Source: Octopus sinensis (lineage: Eukaryota). Taken from it: a stretch of DNA of 64,000 nucleotides. Below are positions 39,105 through 52,800 of the stretch, one piece after another. The stretch is from NCBI RefSeq assembly GCF_006345805.1, contig NC_043010.1, forward strand, positions 11,284,001-11,348,000, given 5' to 3'. The notes under the pieces were generated by a model. That model was not told where the DNA came from and searched no databases. It saw only the letters and a program-made list of their open reading frames with translations. The number at the start of each line of letters is the position of its first letter. Within the stretch, counting starts at the first letter, position 1. The translations under genes were made by a program, and so were the position numbers.

Positions 39105-40005
39105 TATTATATAGTTTTAAAATTTGATATATTTTAAGGTTGTGAAGTGAGAGCAATGAAAGCAAAATATTCTTATTCAGCTTAGGAAAGAACAAATTAC
39201 GTTGTCATTTACTAGCTACATACTGTGAAATGGAATGAAAATTTTAAGTGCTGACCTGCTGAGAAAGATTCAAGGTATCAGAAATAGATGAAATAGTTTT
39301 AAAACGTACGGAGAAAGGATGACGAATTACAGTGAATTCATGTTTAATGATAGACAGAACAAAGATATTCAAAGGAAGATGTAGTAACATTAATGATGAT
39401 TATCGTTACAATGGAAAATGGAAAAGCTACTCAGGGCAAATAAGTGTGCTGTGTGTTAATCTCATGAAACTGGATACACAGATCTATGGTAAAGTTATAT
39501 AGACATGATGATGAATGATACACGAACGCATTTGTGTCTGCAGCTAAGTTAAAACTAATGCATATATTTTTAAGAAGAAACGTCTGTTTTATTCATTTTG
39601 AATTGACAATAGGTTTTATGTAATTTTATGAATACGTCAATGAATAAGTTAGCGTTCATCAAAATAAATTTAATCTGACAAATGGAAAAACATTTTCATT
39701 GCTTTTGAATGTTTGGTAAATGCCTTATGATTGATTGATTGATTCTAGTTTCAGCTCACGAGCTGTGGCCATGCTGGGGCACCGCCATTATAGGTGGTTT
39801 TTTTTCCTTCTTTTTGTTCATTTCTATCTTGTTCTGTTCTCAGTTTTTACCTTCCTTGGTCCAGGTTTGCTTTCCATGCTACTAGTATCCCTTAAGCAAA
39901 CATTAGTAGGATATTGTAAATTAAAAAAAAAAAATTTGTGTTATATTGGCTTAGTCCAGAGGAATGGACAATTCCATAGCCTTTTAAAACCTTTCTTTCT
40001 TTTTT

Positions 40006-40205
40006 TTTTACTTGTTTCAGTCATTTGACTGCGGCCATGCCGGAGCACTGCTTTTAGTCGAGCAAATCGACCCCGGGACTTATTCTTTGTAAGCCCAGTA
40101 CTTATTCTATCGGTCTCTTTTGCCGAACCGCTAAGTGACAGGGACATAAACACACCAGCATCGGTTGTCAAGCAATGCTAGGGGGACAAACACAGACACA
40201 CAAAC

Positions 40206-40238
<33 letters not shown>

Positions 40239-40410
40239 CATATATACGACAGGCTTCTTTCAGTTTCCGTCTACCAAATCCACTCACAAGGCATTGGTCG
40301 GCCCGGGGCTATAGCAGAAGACACTTGCCCAAGATGCCACGCAGTGGGACTGAACCCGGAACCATGTGGTTGGTGAGCAAGCTACTTACCACACAGCCAC
40401 TCCTGCGCCT
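40006..40410 (-). mobile_element. SINE A, full length
   Basis: Reverse complement of 59880. Confidence 0.93.
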
Positions 40411-40831
40411 TTGTTCATTCTAATAATATATCTTTTCATCATTCTTACAAATGTTGGTCTTGTTTACAAGAAAGAATCGTTAGCACACCTGACAAAATGT
40501 TTAGCAGAATTTCACCTGAGTCCAAATTCCACCAAGATTGACTTTATCTTTTGTCCTTTCAAGGTTAACAAAATAGGTACCAGTCAAAGACTGGAATCAA
40601 TCTAATTGACTAAAAACCTCTTATTTAATCTCAGGCCTTGTGGTTATAGCGTTACCAAGTATAAGGTTTACCAAATAAAGCAATGAGCTTGCAGAATCAT
40701 GAGCACCGCAGACAAAATGCCTCACTGCATTTCGTCTGTCTTTGCATTCCGAGTTCAAATTCTGCTGAGGTCAACTTCGCCTTTCGTCTTCAGGGTTGAT
40801 AAAATAAATACCAGCTGATCATTCATGTTAA

Positions 40832-41304
40832 CCCTTTCGTTACTGTATTTATTTTGAGATGTTCTGTGTTTCTTTCAATTATTTTAAATATAACAAAGAA
40901 TTTAGTAAAAATAACTTAGTTATCATTATTAAATCTCAGAACAGATGTAAACAGTAATCGCTCGACAATGTAAATATAAAAGCCATCTCAATATGGCTAA
41001 CCACAAAGGGGGGTGTTACTGTAGCTTTTTAGCCACAGGGAAAATACCTTAAGGGCACAGAAATTGTGTCTAAAGCCAGCTGGAGACGATGATCTCCTGG
41101 GGCTAAAAAGCTACAGTAACACCCCCCTTTGTGGTTAGCCATATTGAGATGGCTTTTATACTTAACTTAGTTATCATTAAGCTAGTATTAGGAATATAAA
41201 TTGCGACTAAGGTTTGGTGGTATATTTTGATGCAAAACTTATGAAAACAAGACATTTGTACTACAGAGCCAGAGCCGGTTTTGGCCGGGTTGGTAACAAA
41301 AGGG
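40832..41304. mobile_element. piggyBac-type MITE E carrying a 234-bp insert
   Basis: TTAA|CCCTTTCGTTAC ... GTAACAAAAGGG|TTAA; homologous to 57092 and 61097. Confidence 0.85.
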
Positions 41305-41919
41305 TTAATTTAATCACCTAGAACCTCCCCTAAATTTTCAGAGCTTGTGCCTATAATGGAAAAGATTATTATAGTTACAAAATAGCAAAATAATTGTCGT
41401 CTGCTTTGATTCAGTTTAACACTGATTAGCTGTATATTGACCACATGTTTTTAGTGTAAAACGGTCAGTTTTTTCTTTTTTTTTTTTTTTTTTAGACATC
41501 AGTGACAGCAGAAGATTTCTAGTTGTGAATTATAACAGACATTTCTGTAAAACAACACAGTTAATGTGTGATGGATATTTTTCTCTTTCCTTTTGAAAGG
41601 CTTTTACAGAAAGGAAATTGTTTAGTTTGTTTTTCAATTTCTCTGCTTCTTCTGATGGAAAACTCACATTATTTTAACATTTTTAGCAGTTTATGTACAC
41701 TGGCAATGTAAATGAAATTTTAATTGGAACCATACTCACATTCACCCACAACCCCCACCCATACCTCTTTCACTCTCATACACTTATCCTTCTAACTATC
41801 TTTCTCTTTCTCACACAGACATACATGCATAAGGCTATATTTTCATATATTGTATATATATATATATATATATAGTGTGTGTATATATATACATACACAT
41901 GCATGCATATATATATATA

Positions 41920-42305
41920 CACATATATGAATACATGTATATATATATATATATATATGTACAGACACACATATATATATATACACTCATACACATATAT
42001 ATATATACATATACATATATGAATACATGTATATATATATATATATATGTACACACACACACGCACATATATATATATACACTTATACACATTATATATA
42101 TACATATACATATATGAATACATGTATATATAAATATATGTACACACACACACACATATATATACTCATACACATATATATATACATATATGAATACATG
42201 TATATATGTACACACACCACATATATATATATACACTCATACACATTTATATATATACATATACATATATGAATACATGTATATATATATATATATGTAC
42301 ACACA

Positions 42306-42337
<32 letters not shown>

Positions 42338-42374
42338 CTCATACACACATATATATATACATATACATATATGA

Positions 42375-42413
<39 letters not shown>

Positions 42414-42503
42414 CACACACACACACATATATATATATACACTCATACACATTTATATATACAGTATACATATATGAATACATGTATATATATATATATA
42501 TGT

Positions 42504-42536
<33 letters not shown>

Positions 42537-42560
42537 CACTCATACACATATATATATATA
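41920..42560. repeat. ~70-bp minisatellite built from TA/CA dinucleotides
   Basis: The anchor TATATGAATACATGTAT...CACTCATACAC recurs about 8 times. Confidence 0.85.
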
Positions 42561-44490
42561 CATGTAAATGTATATATATTTATACATATGTGTATGTACA
42601 CATGCATATGCATGTGTGTGTGTGTGTGTGTGTGTATAGGATGTGGGTGTGCATTTGCATGCATGCGTGTGTGTGTGTGTGTGTGCATGCGTGCACGTAA
42701 ATCAGTAAAACCGCTTGGCACTACCAGATCAACGTTGGTTGATGCTAAATGATTTTCGTTTCTCCTTTTGTTTTCAGTTTGTTGTTGTCGTTGTTGTTGT
42801 TGTTGCTGTTGTTGTTTTTATGTTGAATCATTTCATTGAAAGTATCATGTGTGTCAACTTTTTTTTTTTTTGTTTTTTGTTGTTGTTATTATTGTTGTTG
42901 TTGTTGTCTTTGTTATTGCATGATATTCTGTGTTGCACATGCTGAAAATGTTCTCTTCTTTTTCTTTTTTTTTTCAACAATTTATTTTTTTTTTTTTTTG
43001 TTACTCTTCTGCTTTGTTTGGAAATAGCATTCTCTGGCTGTGTTCTTTATGCCTGACTCATGCTAAAAGCAAGCACTAAAATATTCTGGGGTTTCCATCT
43101 TTTGCAGACTAAGAGAATATTATTCTATCACCAAAATGTAACACACAGCAGAGCACCTTGCATTTAAATTATTTTAAGTTTAGAAAACACAAGGCATTAT
43201 CATTTTAGGAATCGTCATTAATATAATGCTGTCCTTGGTGCATCTTTGTATGTGTGTGTGTGTATGTGTGTGTGTTTGTGTATGAGTGGGTGGGTGTTGG
43301 CGTGCATGTGTGTGTGTGCATGTATGCATGCATGTATGTGTGTGTGTGGGGGGGGTGCATGTGTGTGTGTCTTATTTTACATGTGTACATGTGTGATTGT
43401 GTTTATTATTTTTCTTTAAAATGTGATTTATTAAAACAAAAAAAAAAGCATAAAAGAATAACAAAAGGCTAAAATGAACAGGAATAAATTTTTGAAAAAG
43501 ATTATTTGAATTAATTAATAATCAATTAATTAATAAATAATTTTATACTACAATCAGTGGCTTTTGAATAATTATTATTATCAGATATCACACTGCATCT
43601 CATTACAAGACAACGAGATGGACAGAATACGCTACATGTGAAATTTGTGAAGAACATTTGAATACATTGCTTGTAATCTTCCGTACAGTGGCACTACGCA
43701 ATATAGATCGCTGATATTGAATAACAGCGATCAGCTTTCATTGAATAGACCTATGACACCGACATAATCAATTGAACAGACGATTCAATTAATATTTCTA
43801 GTCATATCCAACTAATCTTTATTGTGGGGATATGTTATCTTAAGATTATGAACTTCAAAACTTGCACTCTCTCTCTCTCTTTCTCTCTCTCTCTCTTTCT
43901 CTCTCTCTCTTTCTCTCTCTCTCTCTTTCTCTCTCTCTCTTTCTCTCTCTCTCTCCCTCTCTCTCCCTCTCTCAGTCACCTCGTCTTTCTCTCAACGTTA
44001 ACAAGGTTACTGAGTTTGCTAAGGTTTAGCGGTCACATTGAGTAGGTTCAGTGAGTGTATAAAATTTCCCTTTAATGGTTTGTGTAGCGAATTTTCTGTA
44101 TTTCAATGTAATATATTAGTCTGTGCTTTCTTACCTGTGAAGTAAGAAATCTATTATTCGAAACAATGCCTGATTATACAGCATGTAAAAAAATTGAAGA
44201 ATCTGAGAAAAAGAACCGAATATCTAATTAGTTTGGTTGCACCACGTTCTCCAGAGCATAAAATTTATTGAAATATATATTATTTAGTGACATTTTCTTT
44301 TAATGGTTTTTAGCCAGATGACTGAAGGTAAAAACTTATAATACCTTTTCTGGTTTGTGGTTGTTGTTGTTGTTGTTGTCGTTGTCATTGTTGCTAAGAC
44401 CTAGGTCAACCCTGATCTTGCAGGCTTGTGATCAAAAGTGTTTCAGCAATAATCATCCAATCTTTTATTCATATACTGGGAACAAGCCCG

Positions 44491-44905
44491 TACTCTTTCA
44501 CTCTTTTACTGGTTTCAGTAATTTGACTGTGGCCACGCTGGAGCACCGCCTTTAGTTGAACAAATCAACCCCAGGACTCATTCTTTGGAAACCAAGTACT
44601 TATTGTATAAGTCTCTTTTACCGAACTACTAAGTTACGGGATGTAAACACACCAGCATCAGTTGTCAAGCGATGATGGGGGGACAAACACAGACACACAA
44701 ACACACACACACAACCATATATATATATATATACCTATATACAACGGGCTTCTTTCAGTTTCCGTCTACCAAATCCACTCACAAGGCTTTGGTCGGCCCA
44801 AGGCTATAGTAGAAGACACTTGCCCAAGGTGCCATGCTATGAGACTGAAACCAGAACTATGTGGTTGGTAAGCAAGCTACTTACCATGCAGCCACTCCTG
44901 CGCCT
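44491..44905 (-). mobile_element. SINE A, full length
   Basis: From the tail to GCCACTCCTGCGCCTA. Confidence 0.9.
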
Positions 44906-45106
44906 ACATTACTGTATGCTTCTTGATAATGATAGTAAACAAAAAGTTCCTCTATATTCAAATCCCACCAAGGGCAACTTTGCTTTGCATCCTTTCAGGG
45001 TCGATAAAATAAGTACCAATTGAGCACTGGAGTCGATTTAATCAACTCACCCCCCTCCTCCAGCATTGCTGACCTCATGCCAAAATTTGAAACCAATATT
45101 AAATAT

Positions 45107-45258
45107 TGGCTGTGTGGTAAGTAGCTTGCTAACCAACCACATGGTTCGGGTTCAGTCCCACTGCGTGGCATCTTGGGCAAGTGTCTTCTGCTATAGCCCC
45201 GGGCCGACCAATGCCTTGTGAGTGGATTTAGTCAACGGAAACTGAAAGATGCCTGTAG

Positions 45259-45299
<41 letters not shown>

Positions 45300-45516
45300 T
45301 TGTGTGTCTGTGTTTGTCCCCCTAGCATTGCTTGACAACCGATGCTGGTGTGTTTACATCCCCATCACTTAGCGGTTCGGCAAAAAGAGACCGATAGAAT
45401 AAGTACTGGGCTTACAAAGAATAAGTCTCAGGGTCGATTTGCTCGACTAAAGGCGGTGCTCCAGCATGGCTGCTGTCAAATGACTGAAACAAGTAAAAGA
45501 GTAAAGAGTAAAAGAG
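45107..45516 (+). mobile_element. SINE A, nearly full length
   Basis: TGGCTGTGTGGTAAGTAGC through GTAAAAGAGTA. Confidence 0.92.
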
Positions 45517-45611
45517 TATATATATATATAATATTATATATATATATATATATATATAATATTATATATATATATTATATATATAATACACATATATATA
45601 TATATATGTGC

Positions 45612-45865
45612 TGGCTCAGGGATTAGAGTGTCAAAGCTTACGATCGTGAGGTTGTGAGTTCAGTTCCCAGACCGGGCTCCGTGTTGTGTTCTTGAGCAAG
45701 GCTCTTTATTTCACGTTGCTCCATTTCACTCAACTGTAGAAATGAGTTGCAACATCAATTGTACCAAGCTGTAATGGCCTTTGCCTTTCCCTTGGATAAC
45801 ACTGGTGGTGTGGATAGGGGAGGCCGGTATGGGTGGGTGACTGCTCATCTTCCATAAACAACCTT
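45612..45865 (+). mobile_element. SINE D-related, diverged
   Basis: GAGTTCAGTTCCCAGACCGGGC...TTCTTGAGCAAGG...TTCACGTTGCTCC. Confidence 0.6.
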
Positions 45866-45927
45866 GGGCTGACCAAAGCTTTGTGAGTGGATTTGGTCAT
45901 TGGAAACTGAATGAAGCCCATCGTATG

Positions 45928-45965
<38 letters not shown>

Positions 45966-46250
45966 ATATAATATATATATATATATATATACTTATATAT
46001 ATATATGTATATATGTATATATATGCATATATATGTATATATATGTATATCTATGTATATATATATATGTTTGTATATATATATATGTCTGTGTTTGTCC
46101 TCCATCAATGCTTGACAAGAGTGTTTACATCCCTGTAACTTAGCAGTTTGGAAAAAGAGACCAATAGAATAAGTCCTGGGTCAATTTGTTCAACTAAAGG
46201 GGGTGCTCCAGCATGGCTACAGTCATCAAATGACTGACACAAAAGAATAA
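45865..46250 (+). mobile_element. SINE A 3' part with an expanded internal (TA)n
   Basis: GCTGACCAAAGCTTTGTGAGTGG, then about 165 bp of microsatellite, then CTGTGTTTGTCC...GACTGA. Confidence 0.8.
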
Positions 46251-46971
46251 AAAATATCTATTTAAGGAAGTGAGCTTGCTGCACTGTCAGCACACCAGGC
46301 AAAATACTACGCAGTATTTTCATTTGTTTTTTTTTATGTTCTGAGTTCAAATTCTGACAAGGTTGACTATGTTTTTCGTACTTTCAGGGTCAATAAAATA
46401 AGTACCAGTTCAGCACTGGTGTCAATGTAACCAACTTACCTTCACACCCAAAATTGTAGGCCTGTGCCAAAATTTGAAACCAATATGATGCATATATAAT
46501 AGAGTACCCATGAACCATTGAGTCACCAATAGCTCAAGGTACGAGAAAAAATCTACATATCTCGAGAAACTGTTGTCCAATTTATGTGAAACTTGTTTCA
46601 TTCTGTTTGTATTCACATTTCAATGGTAACCTTACTTTCAAAGTATCTTCGCATTATGCACCGATTTGGCTGTATTAAATTACAGACATGCATGCGCACA
46701 AGCATGTTTAGTATCATATAGATATAAATATGTATATACATATATATATATATATATATATACATACATTATACATACATAATATATATAGTATATATAT
46801 ATATATATATTATATATACATATGTATACATATTATATGTATGTATGTATATTATATACATATATATATATACATTTATTTATATATATATATATATATA
46901 TAATATATATATATATTATATATATTACTAAAACTCTGTGATTACTTGTGTACATATATATGTGTGTGTGT

Positions 46972-47365
46972 GAGGGCCAGTCAGGCGGTACTGGCAATGA
47001 CACACTCAAATGGTGCTTTTTGTGTGTCACCTGCACAGGAGCCAGTCCAGTGGCACTGGCAACGACCTTGCTCTAATGCTTTTTCACAAGCCACCAGCAC
47101 AAGTGCCAGCAAGGCAATGCAGGTAATGATCACGCTTGAATGCTTCTTTTTACATGCCACCGGCACAGAGGCCAATTTGTTGCTCTGGCAACGATCACAC
47201 TCATATGGTACTCTTAGCACTCCACTAGGACAGATGCTAGTCATCGAATTTGATTTCGATTTCGATTTCACTTGCCTCAACAGGTCTTCTCAAACAGTGT
47301 TTAGTGTCCACTGAAGGAAAGGTATGCATAAATGGGCTGGTTATACCCCTGCCATAGGCTCCTCC
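46972..47365 (-). mobile_element. Family C internal part, diverged
   Basis: GCCAGTC...GGCACTGGCAACGACC units as in 35907. Confidence 0.6.
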
Positions 47366-47517
47366 CTTTTATTTCAAGATCCTAGCACAAAACATGGGAC
47401 CTCCAAGCATATGATGTCTCAGGTGACAATCAGGCCTTTCTAAACAACATTACAGACCACCATGTAAAGCAATGCACTGGAGACCTATAATATATTTTAC
47501 CAACATCAAACCACATC

Positions 47518-47551
<34 letters not shown>

Positions 47552-48519
47552 TTAGCACTAAATCCCTGGATCCATGTGTCTCTTGGGTAACTGTGCTGTA
47601 TGCTCACATCTCAAGACTGTACAACTGACTACCTGAGTTGCTAGTACATTCAACCACCTCAGGCTGAAGATCAAAAAGGTTGAAAAATCACTGATCTATC
47701 CAATGAAAAGCAGTTCTAAATGTAAGTTTATTCAAACCACAGCATATATTGATTAGCATTGGATCCTTTGAGTCATGAGGCTCCTGGGAAGATGTGTCAT
47801 ATGCCCATGTCTTAAGACAGTACAGCTGACTACTTTTTTGCTGGTAGATTCAGCAAGCTCAGGCTACAGATCACAAAAGGCTGAAACATCACTGATCTAT
47901 CAGATAAATATCAGTTCTAAATGTAAGTTTATTCAACTGGCTTATGCAACTTGTATACAAAAAGAGGACTGAACCATAGATGAAAGATAACAGTATTCAT
48001 TGTAATCTGGCTTACATCCTTGTCGTATTTATGGTGAAATAATAGCATCTTCTATTTGACTAAATTATAATAAAATTTCTTTTTTGAACAAATGAAATAC
48101 AGTATTTCATAATACATAACATAGCTTCATATGAATTATCTCAATTCATAGATCTTCTCTGACTATTATTATCATATATGTTAAAAAGAGAAAAAGAAAT
48201 GCTAATAAATTTGTTTATGTTTTATTGATTCAATATTTAAAAAAGAAAAATACATTCTTCTTATGTGTTTTTTTATTATTATTATTATTTTTCTCTTTAA
48301 ATCTTTTAATATTTTTCATACTGGAAATAGAATTTCCTTTCACAGCTAGTCTAAACATTAAAGTATGGTGTTCCCTCCACCCCTGGCATACTTCCTTCAA
48401 GAGAAACCAAAAATTTTCTTCATACACATTTCGAAGGCAGCAAGTCATATATATGATATATATATATATATATATATCTATATATATTATATATATATAT
48501 ATATATACATATATATATA

Positions 48520-48567
<48 letters not shown>

Positions 48568-48823
48568 TATATATACATAAACAGACAAACATGTATACAC
48601 ACACACCCCACATATATGCGTATATATATATGTACATATTTCCTTCTATAATTTTTGTGTATGTATTGATTCTCTTTTCACTGTCTTGTGAAATCATTTT
48701 GTTTTGAACCCAACTTGTTGGAACCCATCACCTGCAAATACAAATAACTTTTACCACACCATATTTGGATTCCCTTAAGCATTAATAAATATTAATGAAC
48801 AAACAAATAAACCTATTTTGGTG

Positions 48824-48860
<37 letters not shown>

Positions 48861-49216
48861 ACACATAAATATTTACATATAATACACACACACACACATA
48901 AAAATAATACACACATATATACATATAATACACACACACATGTTTATATATACACACACTCATGCCAAACATATTTCATATCTATATATACACAGTTTTA
49001 TCGAATGTGTAATTGAATGGAAGAATATCTCATGTCACTATATGTTCATATCGATATGAATGTATGTATTATCAAATTAGCTGTTTGTCTGTGAGTATTT
49101 AGCATTTTTCTTTCTTATTCACACACATATATTTCTTTATTTCATGTACAGAGAAATATACTTTCATATACATGTAGACATATCTATGTATATATACATA
49201 TTATATATATATACAC

Positions 49217-49249
<33 letters not shown>

Positions 49250-49258
49250 ATATATATG

Positions 49259-49301
<43 letters not shown>

Positions 49302-49621
49302 TATATATATATACATGTATACATTTATATATATACATATATACATACATACACACACATATATATATATATGCATATATTCATATACCCATAATCTTCT
49401 ACATAGTTAAAACACATGCACATACTCACACACATATATATATCTTATCATATTGTGCATTTCAAAAACACTTATATGTATAAACACATTGAAACAATTT
49501 TTATAATTATATACAGAAATCATTAACAAATATGCATATATACATTCATATGTACATTGCCAAGTTGAATATACAATTCACTGAAAAAAATTGTACATAC
49601 ATACATACATACGTACATACT

Positions 49622-49653
<32 letters not shown>

Positions 49654-49665
49654 CACATATATAAC

Positions 49666-49725
<60 letters not shown>

Positions 49726-49869
49726 TATATATACATACACATACTTATACACTGTGTGTGCACAAAGTCATGGTAAGGAATTCAGACTATTTATTGATGT
49801 AGCTCAATACATATGCACATCAATAAATGGTTTTGAAAACCCACCAAAACTTTACAGACACACTGTATG

Positions 49870-49902
<33 letters not shown>

Positions 49903-49905
49903 TAT

Positions 49906-50186
49906 AAAATTTAATAAGGGTAGAAATTGATATTAATCAATTAAAACCAGCGGCATAACATATTAAAAAAATCCGAAGATTAAAATAGTTTTACTTACAA
50001 AATTTAAAGGACTAACCACTAAAAGTGGACAGTCAACATGCTAGATATAGACGTCAAAATCGCTATTTTCTACGAAGAATGTGTTCTCAAACCAAACTTT
50101 GGTTTGTGCTGGGAAATAGCGATTTTGATGTCTATATCTTGTATGTTGACCGTTCACTTTTAGTGGTCAGTCCTTTAAATTTTGTA
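49906..50186. mobile_element. (TA)n-bounded asymmetric fold-back element
   Basis: Arms 49996-50070 and 50113-50186; the long arm's terminus is homologous to 32090-32160. Confidence 0.75.
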
Positions 50187-50298
50187 TGTATAAATATATT
50201 ATATATATATATACATACGTACATACATATATATGTATATATATATATATATATACATGTATATATATATGTGATATATATATATATATGTATGTATG

Positions 50299-50332
<34 letters not shown>

Positions 50333-50744
50333 ATATATTTATACATACATATATACATATAATATATAACTATATCATATAATACATATCCATACATATA
50401 CACATGCACATATATATCATTAAGTAAAATAATTGATAAAATGAGTACTCAACATCATATTGGTGGATAATTCTTTTTAATATAATTAGGAAACCAGAGA
50501 AGTATATATATGCGCATGTGTGTATACCTACACACACACACACACATATATGTATATATAAAGAGATGCACATATATACACACACATGCACACACAAATG
50601 AAATGAACTGATATGTATGCATGAGTGTTTATGGTAACATGTATCTACAAGCATTTGTGTGTGCGCGAATATATATAAACAGACGTCAATATATATGATG
50701 AACATTTATATTTACATATGTATATATGTATATGTATTATATAT

Positions 50745-50809
<65 letters not shown>

Positions 50810-51590
50810 GATGTATATATATATGTATATATATATATATATATATTTACATGAGCCTGGATGTGAGATGTGGGCATTGCACCTGTATATGTACATGAAT
50901 AGTTTTTTTGATGAAATAATCCATACTTTGATTGTGACATATTGAACTGTAGATCAATATATAAGTGTAGGTATTGATATTTGTCTTCAGTATCATCCAA
51001 GATATGTACAAAGAATTTGCTGACCAACATGGAATTCAATAATCCTTGGGTGTGCTCTTTTAATAGTTCAAATAGTTGACACAGGTTTTATTGTAGTTGC
51101 TGTTTTTGTTATTGTTGTTGCAATTTAGCTCCCTCTCATTTCAAACCTAATTGTCGAAACCAATGGTCAAGGACACTCTCGCCATGACCAACCCATCTTT
51201 TATGGTTATATTTTCGAACACATTATCCAGTGTGCTATTTTCTTTCGTTATTTAAAACCATAGAATATTATTTCAGGGAGATTTAGCTGTTATTTCTAGT
51301 AAGGTCAATGACATTATAGAGCAGGCATAGGCAGCCTTTTTCAAGAAGTGGGCTCCTTGAGACATGGCTCATTATCAGATAAGTCACTGTAGTTAAGCAA
51401 TTAAAGGTAATTGTTTTATTTGATGTGCCGTTCAGAAAGTCTCATGGACTACAGTTTTGTCTTGATTGACATAGAAGATTCCTCGTTAGTTTATAGTTCA
51501 TATTGATCATCACACATAGCAGACTAGAACCTTTATAGTTTTCAAAGCCACAGGGCCATCAATACTTAACCGAAACCAATTTTCACTTAA

Positions 51591-51811
51591 CCCTTTAGTG
51601 TTCGCATTATTCTGCCAAAATTAATCCTTTTTTTATCTAAATTGTTTTGAACTAATCAGGCATTATCTTGAATCTATGAGATTTTGATGAGGTACCTGTA
51701 ATTTTTAAAACGATATTGTAGGGTTAGTGTGAGAGACCAGATCTGGCCAGTCTGACCATAAAACAGGCAGAATACTTTTGGCCGGATATGGCCGGTTTAA
51801 ATGCTAAAGGG
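51591..51811. mobile_element. piggyBac-type MITE F (221 bp)
   Basis: TTAA|CCCTTTAG ... CTAAAGGG|TTAA. Confidence 0.88.
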
Positions 51812-52424
51812 TTAAGGCTTACTTTACCTTTCAGCCATCTTTCTTAAAAAGGCCCGCAATAAACTGTGATTTGATTCATTTCATTATACCCCACTTTGGT
51901 TCGTCTTAGAAGAGAAGAATAAAAAAAAAAACTGTTAATTAAATTAGAATAATTCAGTGAAGCCGATCCAAGGAAATTAACGAGAGTCTGTGTCTGCAAT
52001 TAATGAGTATTAACAGTTCAGAAATTGAATAGATTAGTTCCTCAACCAACAAAGAAAACTGAAGGAAAAGTTTCAAGCAGGACCCTTGATCCTGCCAAAG
52101 AGTGCCTTCAGAACAGCAAGCAAAAATTTTTTGAACTGTTTAAATCAAAATACTTTAGAGTTCATAAATGATGATTGTAGTTGCTGTTGTTCTTTCTCAT
52201 GGTGCAATCTTTTACCATTTTTTGTTGTTTTATTTTTTCTAATAGAAATTTCTTCTTCTTCTTCTTCTTCTTCTTCTTCTTCTTCTTCTTCTTCTTCTTC
52301 TTCTTCTTCTTCTTCTTCTTCTTCTTCTTCTTCTTCTAAGCACCAAACACACTCATGGCAGTCTCAGTGGCATATGTTCCTGCCAACCCAGAGACAAAGC
52401 GCCCGACTGCTCTGTTATTATTAT

Positions 52425-52800
52425 TATTTTACCAAGCTGGCAGACTGGAAGAATTGTTGGCACCTCAGAAAATATTCTCCTGGGGTTGACTTTGCCTTTC
52501 ATCCTTTCAGGTCAGCAAAATAAGATTATATTGACCACTGGGGTCACTATAATCAACTTATCCCCTCCCCTTAAATTTCTGGCCTTGTGTTAAAATTTGA
52601 AGCCGGTATTGTATTTATTTTGCCAAAGTAGGCAAGCTGGCAGAATTGTTAGTATGTCACACAAAATTCTACCAAGATCGACTTTGCCTTTCAACCTTTC
52701 TGGGTCGATAAAATAATTACCGGTTGAACGCTGGGGTCAATGTAATCAACTTACCCCTCCCTCAAATGTGCTGGCCTTGTGCCAAAATTTGAGGCCACTA
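52425..52800 (+). mobile_element. Two tandem diverged SINE B-related copies
   Basis: AAGCTGGCAGA...GACTTTGCCTTTCA...GGGGTCA...CCTTGTG occurs twice. Confidence 0.7.
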
